64,000 nucleotides of DNA, taken from a virus. A program made the position numbers and the translations under genes. Within the stretch, counting starts at the first letter, position 1. The number at the start of each line of letters is the position of its first letter. Shown one piece after another: positions 57,087 to 64,000 of this stretch. Below the pieces are notes generated by a model that was not told the DNA's origin, did no database searches, and saw nothing but the letters and a program-made list of their open reading frames with translations. Location of the stretch: IMG/VR virus record IMGVR_UViG_3300002835_000015, positions 64,001-128,000 of that record. One strand, 5' to 3'.

Positions 57087-57393
57087 TATATGGCCTATTC
57101 TTGATTTTGAGTGATATTTGTTCACAGTCAGTGACTACATTTGTATTCCAGCTTTTGTAGTCCATCAAATGGCCCAATAATAGATGACAATCAGAGCATA
57201 ATGTGATTAAATTATCTGGATTTAATTCATTACTTGGATCTAAATGATATGGTATTATGTGATGAACTTGTAGATCGTTTTTTCTCCTACACGCCTGACA
57301 AATTGATTGATGTTTTAAATGTTCCTTCCTGACGTTAGACCACTTGGGCGATCTAGAATAGTCAGATATTTTATCTCTTAACCAATTAAACAT
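57031..57393 (-). CDS. Small HNH endonuclease
   Basis: W..VR, CQAC, VHHI, NLITLCSDCH. Confidence 0.85.
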   Translation of the reverse strand: MFNWLRDKISDYSRSPKWSNVRKEHLKHQSICQACRRKNDLQVHHIIPYHLDPSNELNPDNLITLCSDCHLLLGHLMDYKSWNTNVVTDCEQISLKIKNRPYNEQTYQQPRSWISYWFNI

Positions 57394-57427
57394 AATTTTC
57401 CCATAAGATTAAAAAAACCCTTATATA

Positions 57428-57434
57428 TATACAC
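57428..57434 (-). promoter_or_regulatory. GTGTATA candidate late promoter
   Basis: Directly after a terminator, about 35 nt upstream of start. Confidence 0.55.
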
Positions 57435-57439
57435 TAAAT

Positions 57440-57468
57440 AAAAAAGGGGGCAGCTTTCGCCACCCCCT
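57440..57468 (-). terminator. Rho-independent terminator
   Basis: AGGGGGTGGC-GAAA-GCTGCCCCCT then T-tract. Confidence 0.85.
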
Positions 57469-57496
57469 GATTCATTACTTATTAGGTAACTATTGT

Positions 57497-57790
57497 TCAC
57501 TCTTCACGAACAAAAGCCACGCCAAATTCACCCGGTGCTACGGGAGGTACAGTATCAACAGCAGTAAACTCCACGGTGGCTGGCGAACTTACATTGCCAG
57601 CATCGTCAACGTCTACTAAGGTTAAAACAACACTATCATTATCTGAGAATGATAGCTCACCAAAACTGGTGGTATTTGCTGGGAAGGGCGATGTTGAACG
57701 AACTTCACCATTAACAGCCACTGAAAGTCTACGCTCTGAAACGTCACTATCAACAACTGGGCCAGCGGTTACATTATAAACTAGTGCCAT
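57497..57790 (-). CDS. Small Ig/FN3-like protein
   Basis: VDDAGNVS...DTVPP motif; GAGAGGA SD before MALVY (frame also open to 57913). Confidence 0.6.
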   Translation of the reverse strand: MALVYNVTAGPVVDSDVSERRLSVAVNGEVRSTSPFPANTTSFGELSFSDNDSVVLTLVDVDDAGNVSSPATVEFTAVDTVPPVAPGEFGVAFVREE

Positions 57791-57917
57791 AGAAAATTCC
57801 TCTCTGTATAAAAAATCACACTTAAATGCTATAGGATAGATACTACGCATATCCATCTTTCGCAAAACTTTTAGATATCTATTAAATAGTCTGTCATTTA
57901 GCCATAAAAACATAAAT

Positions 57918-58088
57918 CTACTCTGCTTTGTATGTTAGCTCATCTACCTTTTCCATTATTATACTCATCTTGTGCTCATTTACACTGTGGCTCTGATTAA
58001 TTTCATTAAGTATGTCAATATATAGTAAATTTACCGATAAAGATGATACTAATATTGAAAGTAATAATGCTACAAATGTATATTTCAT
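57918..58088 (-). CDS. Small membrane protein
   Basis: AAGGAG SD, MKYTFVALLLSILVSSLSV; GTGTATA at 58133-58139 upstream. Confidence 0.6.
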   Translation of the reverse strand: MKYTFVALLLSILVSSLSVNLLYIDILNEINQSHSVNEHKMSIIMEKVDELTYKAE

Positions 58089-58123
58089 GAATAAACTCCT
58101 TAAGGTGGGATATTTTAGGTAGG

Positions 58124-58327
58124 CTACCATTTTATACACCAACCGGGGGGTTTATCGTTGTCTAAAATGGCTTTTCTTTCTTCTCTAAGTAGGGCTATTT
58201 CTTTTCTTTGGGTTTTTACTTCCAGTTTTAATGATTCTACTATATTTTTAAGGGATTCTATATCCCTCAACAGTTTATTTATATAGTCATCTATATCTAC
58301 TGGAAAGTCATTTATATTAATCTTCAT
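58124..58327 (-). CDS. Small coiled-coil protein
   Basis: Heptad repeats. Confidence 0.55.
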   Translation of the reverse strand: MKININDFPVDIDDYINKLLRDIESLKNIVESLKLEVKTQRKEIALLREERKAILDNDKPPGWCIKW

Positions 58328-58901
58328 CTATTGATCCATAATGTTTTACTGCCGCCCTAGCATTTTGCTTGTGGGTTACTCTCTCTAAATTATCAAGGCT
58401 ATTATTAGACTTATTGTGATCTATATGATTGACGATGAATAACTCTCTTAGAAATACTTTGATAGATTCTGGAGTCTTTTTATAGTCTTTTGCATTAATT
58501 TCTTTTGGTAGATTTTGATCAAATGGCTTCCAGCTATCAATTACTAATTTATGAACTCGACAATTTAATGATTGTCTTTTAGCTCCATATCTTCCTTTTG
58601 AGCTATATTCATAATCAAAAGTACCACAATCAAATGAAATATCCACCTTATTATATCCTTGCTTACATATACGAGGTTTTAAAAGTTTTTTATATGAAGT
58701 ATCAATAATGCAAATACGATAACCACTTTTTTCCTCATTAATTCTTTTAAAATGAGAGTATATATTACCACTTTTTGAAACGCTGTATTCTTTTATTGGA
58801 ATTCCATTCAAGATTACTGTGGTTAACTCTTCTTCATCGTCTACTTGATCTTCTGAAAAATCAAACTCTAGTTGATTCATTTGCATATAAAGCCCTCCCA
58901 A
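58317..58901 (-). CDS. NUMOD4-like HNH endonuclease
   Basis: YSVSKSGNIYS, VHKLV, VNHIDHNKSNN...NLE. Confidence 0.8.
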   Translation of the reverse strand: MGGLYMQMNQLEFDFSEDQVDDEEELTTVILNGIPIKEYSVSKSGNIYSHFKRINEEKSGYRICIIDTSYKKLLKPRICKQGYNKVDISFDCGTFDYEYSSKGRYGAKRQSLNCRVHKLVIDSWKPFDQNLPKEINAKDYKKTPESIKVFLRELFIVNHIDHNKSNNSLDNLERVTHKQNARAAVKHYGSIDED

Positions 58902-59151
58902 GTGCTATTCTAACACCAAGTTTCTTATCATAGTTATCTTCTGTGCTACAAATAGCAAGTCCATGAAAACGTTCGCCAGTAGGAGAATCAATAATAACTT
59001 CGGTAGAGCCACCCTTGGTATCTGGGCCAATAATTCCATCAGTATAACCATAGACTCTCTTACCGTTTTGCCAAGCATGATATCCATTATAAAGACGGTT
59101 GTGAAAAACTTTTACTTTGTATCCATTGTCTTGCAATTCTTTGACAGTCAT
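58861..59151 (-). CDS. Hypothetical phage protein
   Basis: KGG.T...G.AICS..DNYDKK.G..IA..RA. Confidence 0.7.
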   Translation of the reverse strand: MTVKELQDNGYKVKVFHNRLYNGYHAWQNGKRVYGYTDGIIGPDTKGGSTEVIIDSPTGERFHGLAICSTEDNYDKKLGVRIALGRALYANESTRV

Positions 59152-59176
59152 TATTCAACCTTTCATAAAAAAGTAA

Positions 59177-59263
59177 CGGAAGAAGTAGGATTCGAACCCA
59201 CGGAAGTTTTTACGCTTCTTCTGATTAGTAATCAGATGCATTAGTCCACTCTGCCATTCTTCC
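59177..59263 (-). tRNA. tRNA-Ser, anticodon ACT
   Basis: Acceptor GGAAGAA/TTCTTCC + G73; anticodon arm TCTGA-TTACTAA-TCAGA; long variable arm; T arm GTGGG-TTCGAAT-CCTAC; CCA not encoded. Confidence 0.9.
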
Positions 59264-59268
59264 TACTA

Positions 59269-59297
59269 ATTGTATCTCTATTAGTTGCTATTGTCAA
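59269..59297 (-). promoter_or_regulatory. Sigma70 promoter for the tRNA
   Basis: TTGACA-N17-TACAAT, 5 nt before tRNA G1. Confidence 0.75.
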
Positions 59298-59298
59298 G

Positions 59299-59646
59299 TG
59301 GAGGCGGCGAGAATCGAACTCGCGTCCAGAATAATTTCAATATAAACATCTACATCCTTAGTTAGTTGTTCTCGCACAGCTAACAAAGCTAACAGAATTA
59401 TCTGTGTCAGATTGAATACAATCATTACCCCCATTTATGTTTGGTGAGGATACCATATCCGATTATCGGAGTCAGCATGATTGGGCAATACGGTTCATGC
59501 CACCGCACTCTTGCCTAACTAGGTCAGGCAGCGAGAGCGAAACGAGTTTCGCCAACTAACATTTTAATCGACTTTTATACTGGCCGGTCGATTAACCAGT
59601 GGATGCCATCTATATATCCGTTTACCTGTCGATACCTTTCGCCCCC
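59299..59646 (-). ncRNA. ssrA: tmRNA, tag (A)GETRFALAA
   Basis: 5' GGGGGCGAAAGGTATCGAC, 3' GACGCGAGTTCGATTCTCGCCGCCTCCA with G3:U70; TAGTT then GGC GAA ACT CGT TTC GCT CTC GCT GCC TGA. Confidence 0.92.
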
Positions 59647-59988
59647 TTATTTTAAGAAGTTTATTAAACCGCTTGGCCCATTATAGCCAATCTTCCTTCC
59701 CTTCTCTTTACCGTTTTCGAAAACCACAAAGGCAGGGATCGTCTTTATATTGTAGCCTTCAACGATGTCTTTGTCAACATCAAAATCTACGTCTACGATG
59801 GTATAATTTTTTACAATCTCTGATAGTTGTGGGTCATTCTTCATATCATTCTTAGCTATGTGGCAGTATTTACACCAATCGGCGGAAAATATGATTAAAA
59901 CCTTTTCGTTTGTATTATCAAAAGCAAAAACAGAAGCGATAGATATTAAACACGAAATCAAAAGGATAGATACTAGTGTATTTCTCAT
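59647..59988 (-). CDS. Thioredoxin-family protein with signal peptide
   Basis: FSADWCKYC, IP; hydrophobic N-terminus ending VFA. Confidence 0.85.
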   Translation of the reverse strand: MRNTLVSILLISCLISIASVFAFDNTNEKVLIIFSADWCKYCHIAKNDMKNDPQLSEIVKNYTIVDVDFDVDKDIVEGYNIKTIPAFVVFENGKEKGRKIGYNGPSGLINFLK

Positions 59989-60034
59989 GCTATAACCCTC
60001 CAGTTGGTAAATAATATATTCTACCTTGAATATA

Positions 60035-60041
60035 TATACAC
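60035..60041 (-). promoter_or_regulatory. GTGTATA candidate late promoter
   Basis: About 47 nt upstream of thioredoxin start. Confidence 0.55.
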
Positions 60042-60048
60042 TTTTTAA

Positions 60049-60237
60049 TCAATCATTATTATCAACACCACCCTCGTATGTTAACTTGGGTATTAAATCA
60101 TCATTTGTTTGTTCTACCTTTTTGATGGTGATCACCAAGAATGTATCTCCTTGGTGATTTCCACCATCCAGTAATTTTTTCAGAGCATTACATACCTTTT
60201 CGCATGTAAGTTCTGGATTTATTTTAAAGCAAATCAT
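60049..60237 (-). CDS. Hypothetical protein
   Basis: ORF with ATGA overlap. Confidence 0.55.
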   Translation of the reverse strand: MICFKINPELTCEKVCNALKKLLDGGNHQGDTFLVITIKKVEQTNDDLIPKLTYEGGVDNND

Positions 60238-60326
60238 CTTTTCTCAATTTGACAGATTATTACTGTGACTATTGCACATATAATATATACTATACCCAAT
60301 ATTGTCCAAGCGGTTGGTTCATTCAT
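60234..60326 (-). CDS. 30-aa membrane peptide (not in ORF track)
   Basis: MNEPTAWTILGIVYIICAIVTVIICQIEKR fills the gap, overlapping both neighbours. Confidence 0.55.
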   Translation of the reverse strand: MNEPTAWTILGIVYIICAIVTVIICQIEKR

Positions 60327-60564
60327 TTAAATCGACCTCAATTTCTGCACCATCAAATACCCAATGATCTATACTATCTATATAGTTGTGGGTTGGAATT
60401 GGTTCATTTACAATTTTGAATTTAACGTCAAAAATTCCACTTATTCCTTGATTTTGATAAAGATACTTTATAATAGCATCCTTAACATCTTCATCGCTCA
60501 TAGTTATATGAGTCTTGTTATTAATCTTCATGGTTCTCCATAACAAATTTTTTGCTTTGCTCAT
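60319..60564 (-). CDS. Hypothetical protein
   Basis: ORF in operon. Confidence 0.6.
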   Translation of the reverse strand: MSKAKNLLWRTMKINNKTHITMSDEDVKDAIIKYLYQNQGISGIFDVKFKIVNEPIPTHNYIDSIDHWVFDGAEIEVDLNE

Positions 60565-60718
60565 TAAATAGTTTAGATATTAGATAGAATCTTTCATTTT
60601 CTAAGTATTGAATTTGTTCGTTTATGAAATCTATTCGTTTCTTAGTATCTTGTATACCTATACTGTTTTCGTACTTTTCTTTCATATACTCATTTAGTTG
60701 TTGTTCTCTTTTACTCAT
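60521..60718 (-). CDS. Hypothetical protein
   Basis: ORF in operon. Confidence 0.55.
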   Translation of the reverse strand: MSKREQQLNEYMKEKYENSIGIQDTKKRIDFINEQIQYLENERFYLISKLFNEQSKKFVMENHED

Positions 60719-60854
60719 TGGTTATTGCCTTTAGCTTTTTTGTGATATTCTCTATAGTTTTAATAACCGGTGCTGTTAATGCATAGTCTTTTTTATATGC
60801 CTGTATAGCATCTATAATCTTCCAAGCCTCATTTTTAGAAATATCAATGTTCAT
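60711..60854 (-). CDS. 47-aa hypothetical protein (not in ORF track)
   Basis: MNIDISKNEAWKIIDAIQAY...; fills gap with ATGA overlap. Confidence 0.55.
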   Translation of the reverse strand: MNIDISKNEAWKIIDAIQAYKKDYALTAPVIKTIENITKKLKAITNE

Positions 60855-61054
60855 ACAAATAACCTGTCCTTTAGCAATTCTGCAATAGTTTCATTAATAT
60901 TTATTCCGTTTACAACTATATCTTTGTTAGAATCATATTCATCAATTTCCATATATTTCATGGCATTATTGAAACACCAAAAGATAGCAAACTTTTGTTC
61001 TTTTGTGAGATTACCATTCATTTCTATAAATTCCCGGTTGTAATCTTGGCTCAT
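60851..61054 (-). CDS. Hypothetical protein
   Basis: ORF in operon. Confidence 0.55.
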   Translation of the reverse strand: MSQDYNREFIEMNGNLTKEQKFAIFWCFNNAMKYMEIDEYDSNKDIVVNGININETIAELLKDRLFV

Positions 61055-61370
61055 AAGGTTTAACAGTCCATCCCATCATCATTAAATCTAATTTAATTTC
61101 ATCAGTAACAACCCCTTCGTTGCCAGAACAATACCAATCCATATATTCTCCACTATTGATTATATCAGCTACTATGCCGCCAGACATTCTCCATGAGCAA
61201 GTCCACTCTTTATCACCATAAAAGAATCTGTTATTGCACAAAGCCCCATATAGGTCTGTGCAATAGACTTGGCTATTAATACATTTGGCTACTATACGTT
61301 CATTATTAATGAGATCATATTCTAAGTCTGGCTTATCAAAAACTGCTTTTAGTGTACCATTTAAGTCCAT
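61011..61370 (-). CDS. Hypothetical phage protein
   Basis: LYGALCNN, WTCSWR..GGIVAD, YMDWYCSG. Confidence 0.7.
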   Translation of the reverse strand: MDLNGTLKAVFDKPDLEYDLINNERIVAKCINSQVYCTDLYGALCNNRFFYGDKEWTCSWRMSGGIVADIINSGEYMDWYCSGNEGVVTDEIKLDLMMMGWTVKPYEPRLQPGIYRNEW

Positions 61371-62092
61371 AGCGAACTCCTAATCTTAATTAGTTCAATT
61401 AGTTTTTCAGTATCTTCTTCGTCATACTTATGCTCCATCTCATCAATTTTGCGATAGTAATACTTTCCGTCTTTTTCTTTAGTGAACAGATCATATGGAT
61501 TCGCCCTGTAGTCTCTATCTAGCCACCAATTGTAAAGTTCCAAAATCTTTTGAGAGGCTATTGCTTGTGCTGTTGCCTTATTGTAATCTTCATCATCTGG
61601 ATTAAAACCATTATCTTCATTAAGTTTAAGGTCACAGGCCCAATTTAAATAGTCTAATCCTGCTTGTTTGCATCTTCCGTTAACAAACTTATAGTTACGC
61701 TCTGGATATGCTTTCATCAAATGAGCCTGATCACTCTCAACAAAAAGAACTAACTCATTAAAAAGACCATGAAGAATACGATAGTCAAGATCATAATACT
61801 TCCCCGGCTTTAGTCCTGTTCGTAAATAATGAAGTTTGTCAATATATCTGTTACGAACATAAACTTCTATGGTATAGTAAATATCCATAGGAAGATGCAC
61901 AATGTCCTGTAAAAAGTTTAGAACTTCTTCAGCAATCCAGTGTCGTAAAGGGTGTTTTGTTTTAGATTCTTGTCTCCAAGTTTCCCATTCATCTAAACCT
62001 AATGCTAATGGCTTAGTGTTTCCCCTAATAAGGTCAGCGAAATGTGAGCAACTCCAGTAATTAATTCGGGATTGTTTTATAATTTTAAACAT
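61361..62092 (-). CDS. Hypothetical phage protein
   Basis: 243-aa ORF. Confidence 0.75.
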   Translation of the reverse strand: MFKIIKQSRINYWSCSHFADLIRGNTKPLALGLDEWETWRQESKTKHPLRHWIAEEVLNFLQDIVHLPMDIYYTIEVYVRNRYIDKLHYLRTGLKPGKYYDLDYRILHGLFNELVLFVESDQAHLMKAYPERNYKFVNGRCKQAGLDYLNWACDLKLNEDNGFNPDDEDYNKATAQAIASQKILELYNWWLDRDYRANPYDLFTKEKDGKYYYRKIDEMEHKYDEEDTEKLIELIKIRSSLWT

Positions 62093-62313
62093 TATAGATC
62101 AATATTCACTTCATAATTGTTAAGTATTCTGTAAAACTCTTCTCTTATTTTGACTACAGCATCACGGGCATCTGTAAATGGATCACCATATTTTTCCCAT
62201 GTGCGTAATGCTTCGCTTAAATCCCATAATACTTTTTGCATACGGATTGCTTGATTCATTACGTCATACTCACGCTGATCTTCTGGAAGATCAAATTCAA
62301 ATGTAGCTTTCAT
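62092..62313 (-). CDS. Hypothetical phage protein
   Basis: MKATFEFDLPED N-terminus. Confidence 0.7.
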   Translation of the reverse strand: MKATFEFDLPEDQREYDVMNQAIRMQKVLWDLSEALRTWEKYGDPFTDARDAVVKIREEFYRILNNYEVNIDL

Positions 62314-62314
62314 A

Positions 62315-62563
62315 TTATTCCTTAAATTTAACCATTAAATATGTACCAAGAAACGCTCCAGACGCTAGCGGGATTAAGTAATAAATGTTCTTACTATATG
62401 ATACTACGCCAAATGCCAGTAGACTGTAGATTATACTAGTCAAAACTGCTGCTGTAAAGGCCCGCTTTTTGTTAACGCTCATAATGTACCAAGCGTATAA
62501 CATATCAATTGCAACATAAGTAACAAAGATTGTTAGTGCGGTTATGTAAGAAAAATCATTCAT
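62315..62563 (-). CDS. Small three-TM membrane protein
   Basis: Three hydrophobic segments, GAFLGTY. Confidence 0.7.
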   Translation of the reverse strand: MNDFSYITALTIFVTYVAIDMLYAWYIMSVNKKRAFTAAVLTSIIYSLLAFGVVSYSKNIYYLIPLASGAFLGTYLMVKFKE

Positions 62564-62844
62564 GGGAAATATCTCTTTCCATTTAAAGGATCATGATCAT
62601 ATGGGTAATTGAATCCCCCTAAAACTTTTCGTTTTTTATCTTTGATAAAATGTAATACTTCAGTAAAACAATCTTCACACAAATCAATATCATACTCCAT
62701 ACCATCATCCTTGCAACCATAACCCCAAGTAGCACCAAGACTAGCCCATGATGGCCCCATATTTATGGTATCACAAGATTGACCACAGCAATCGCAAATG
62801 ACATTATCAATTGCTTTTCTAATTTCTTCTTTGTATGTTTTCAT
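62560..62844 (-). CDS. Zn-binding hypothetical protein
   Basis: CDCCG...WGY...DLCEDC. Confidence 0.7.
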   Translation of the reverse strand: MKTYKEEIRKAIDNVICDCCGQSCDTINMGPSWASLGATWGYGCKDDGMEYDIDLCEDCFTEVLHFIKDKKRKVLGGFNYPYDHDPLNGKRYFP

Positions 62845-62913
62845 CTTTTAACTTTACTTACTATGTAAAGTATAGATCGTGCCAATAATATGCCACAACA
62901 TACTTCAAATATT

Positions 62914-63063
62914 TTAAGCAGACTTGCTGACAACATCATATTTAACGTCCTGTTGATGAATCTTTGGCTTTTTATAGCCCATAAATACTTGGCTAGTAAT
63001 AACCCCCATACCAGTTATGAGAGTTACTACTATACCCACGATAAATATGGTAAAATTGTTCAT
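62914..63063 (-). CDS. Small membrane protein
   Basis: MNNFTIFIVGIVVTLITGMGVI, ATGA overlap. Confidence 0.55.
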   Translation of the reverse strand: MNNFTIFIVGIVVTLITGMGVITSQVFMGYKKPKIHQQDVKYDVVSKSA

Positions 63064-63218
63064 TTGAATAAATTTCCTAAAGAAAGTATACTTGGAACCC
63101 ACAATCCTACGAATAGTGCCTGTTGCCTATTAAGGTCACTATCTCCTGCAAACCATAGTGTAACACTAAAAACAAAACTAGCAAATGCGGCAACAATAAA
63201 ATAATTTCGACTGTTCAT
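63060..63218 (-). CDS. 52-aa two-TM membrane protein (not in ORF track)
   Basis: MNSRNYFIVAAFASFVFSVTLWF...LFVGLWVPSIL; AAGGA SD. Confidence 0.6.
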   Translation of the reverse strand: MNSRNYFIVAAFASFVFSVTLWFAGDSDLNRQQALFVGLWVPSILSLGNLFK

Positions 63219-63232
63219 AATATTCCTTTTTG

Positions 63233-63415
63233 TTAAATTTGAAACCCCTTTAATATATCTAATATTCGTCGGGCTAACGCAGCGCCGCCGACAATTCTAC
63301 CATCAGTATAATCTTCACCATATCCAGCAGAAGATTCGTGATCTTTTTGATCTTGAACTTTTTCACTACACAGTTTGATAATCTCAAGTATTCTATCTTT
63401 TTGTTTCTGATTCAT
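63233..63415 (-). CDS. Hypothetical protein
   Basis: ORF in operon. Confidence 0.55.
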   Translation of the reverse strand: MNQKQKDRILEIIKLCSEKVQDQKDHESSAGYGEDYTDGRIVGGAALARRILDILKGFQI

Positions 63416-63584
63416 TTATATTAATACCTTGATTGTATCCTTCGTCATATGCTGCTTTTAGCCAATCTTTTATTTGTAACCAATTATCCACAGGATCTTT
63501 GGGGCATTTTACAAGATCATCGTATATTCTCTCCATTCGTAAAGAAAATGATTCGACTTCTTCTAGCCATTCATTAAAAGTCAT
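63393..63584 (-). CDS. Hypothetical protein
   Basis: MTFNEWL...WLKAAY..G. Confidence 0.6.
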   Translation of the reverse strand: MTFNEWLEEVESFSLRMERIYDDLVKCPKDPVDNWLQIKDWLKAAYDEGYNQGININESETKR

Positions 63585-63997
63585 TATACCACCGTATTGT
63601 CAGTTGTCAACTCTCCATTACGAACAACATAATAAATAGGCTTGCCGGATGATCTAACATATTTTCGTCCACCATCAATCATATTACCATTATCAAATGC
63701 TTTATAATCGTGATGGAATTGAGAATATTGTAAATTACCATCATCGTCTTCTATCATGCCAAAAGTTAGTGATTCTACGCCATCAGCATTACTAATGTAA
63801 GCTTTTCCATAATGCGGTCTTAATGAAAAATATCTGTTACCAAAATCTGGATGTGGAGTTTCCCTATAAAATATATCTGCTGGATTGTCATCGCTATTTA
63901 TATCAGTAGTGCAAACATATTTAATAGGAACACCATCTCTTTGAGAATAATGCTCTACAATCTTATTTATATCGTTAATAGGAAAATGTTTTATCAT
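63584..63997 (-). CDS. Hypothetical phage protein
   Basis: DIFYRETPHP.FGNRYF, HDY, IDGGR.Y. Confidence 0.7.
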   Translation of the reverse strand: MIKHFPINDINKIVEHYSQRDGVPIKYVCTTDINSDDNPADIFYRETPHPDFGNRYFSLRPHYGKAYISNADGVESLTFGMIEDDDGNLQYSQFHHDYKAFDNGNMIDGGRKYVRSSGKPIYYVVRNGELTTDNTVV

Positions 63998-64000
63998 AGT

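Noticed and set aside
59225-59231. Reading the tRNA loop TTACTAA as an amber (CTA) or ochre (TTA) suppressor, implying a recoded genome
   Set aside because: The 5-bp stem fixes a 7-nt loop with U33 and central ACT, and genes are full length in the standard code

Overview
A 64-kb segment of a large, AT-rich, lytic tailed dsDNA phage. Genes are densely packed, nearly all on the minus strand, and read in the standard code. Contents from left to right: (1) recombination and nuclease genes plus a ~9-kb glycosyltransferase island; (2) a replication block with SSB, a DNA polymerase III alpha split into two intein-free genes with a DnaQ-like exonuclease between them, a Cas4-like nuclease, dNMP kinase, primase, DnaB and RecA; (3) PhoH, dUTPase and class Ia RNR with free-standing HNH endonucleases; (4) a late block with two tandem [tail fibre + trypsin-like protease] pairs nested in a putative lysis cassette (PAS-domain membrane protein, holin-like protein, papain-like peptidase, lipoprotein and TM proteins), next to a phage sigma factor; (5) a deaminase / N-glycosidase / GT4 trio, second SSB, dCMP deaminase, GMP reductase, rIIA/rIIB and ThyX; (6) a tmRNA (tag GETRFALAA), a tRNA-Ser with the very rare anticodon ACT, and many small hypotheticals. 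A recurrent GTGTATA motif marks candidate late promoters, and two endonuclease genes have hairpins burying the start codon right next to it. Functional calls come from motif recognition by eye, not database searches. The host guess (GC-richer, possibly Planctomycetota) is inference only.
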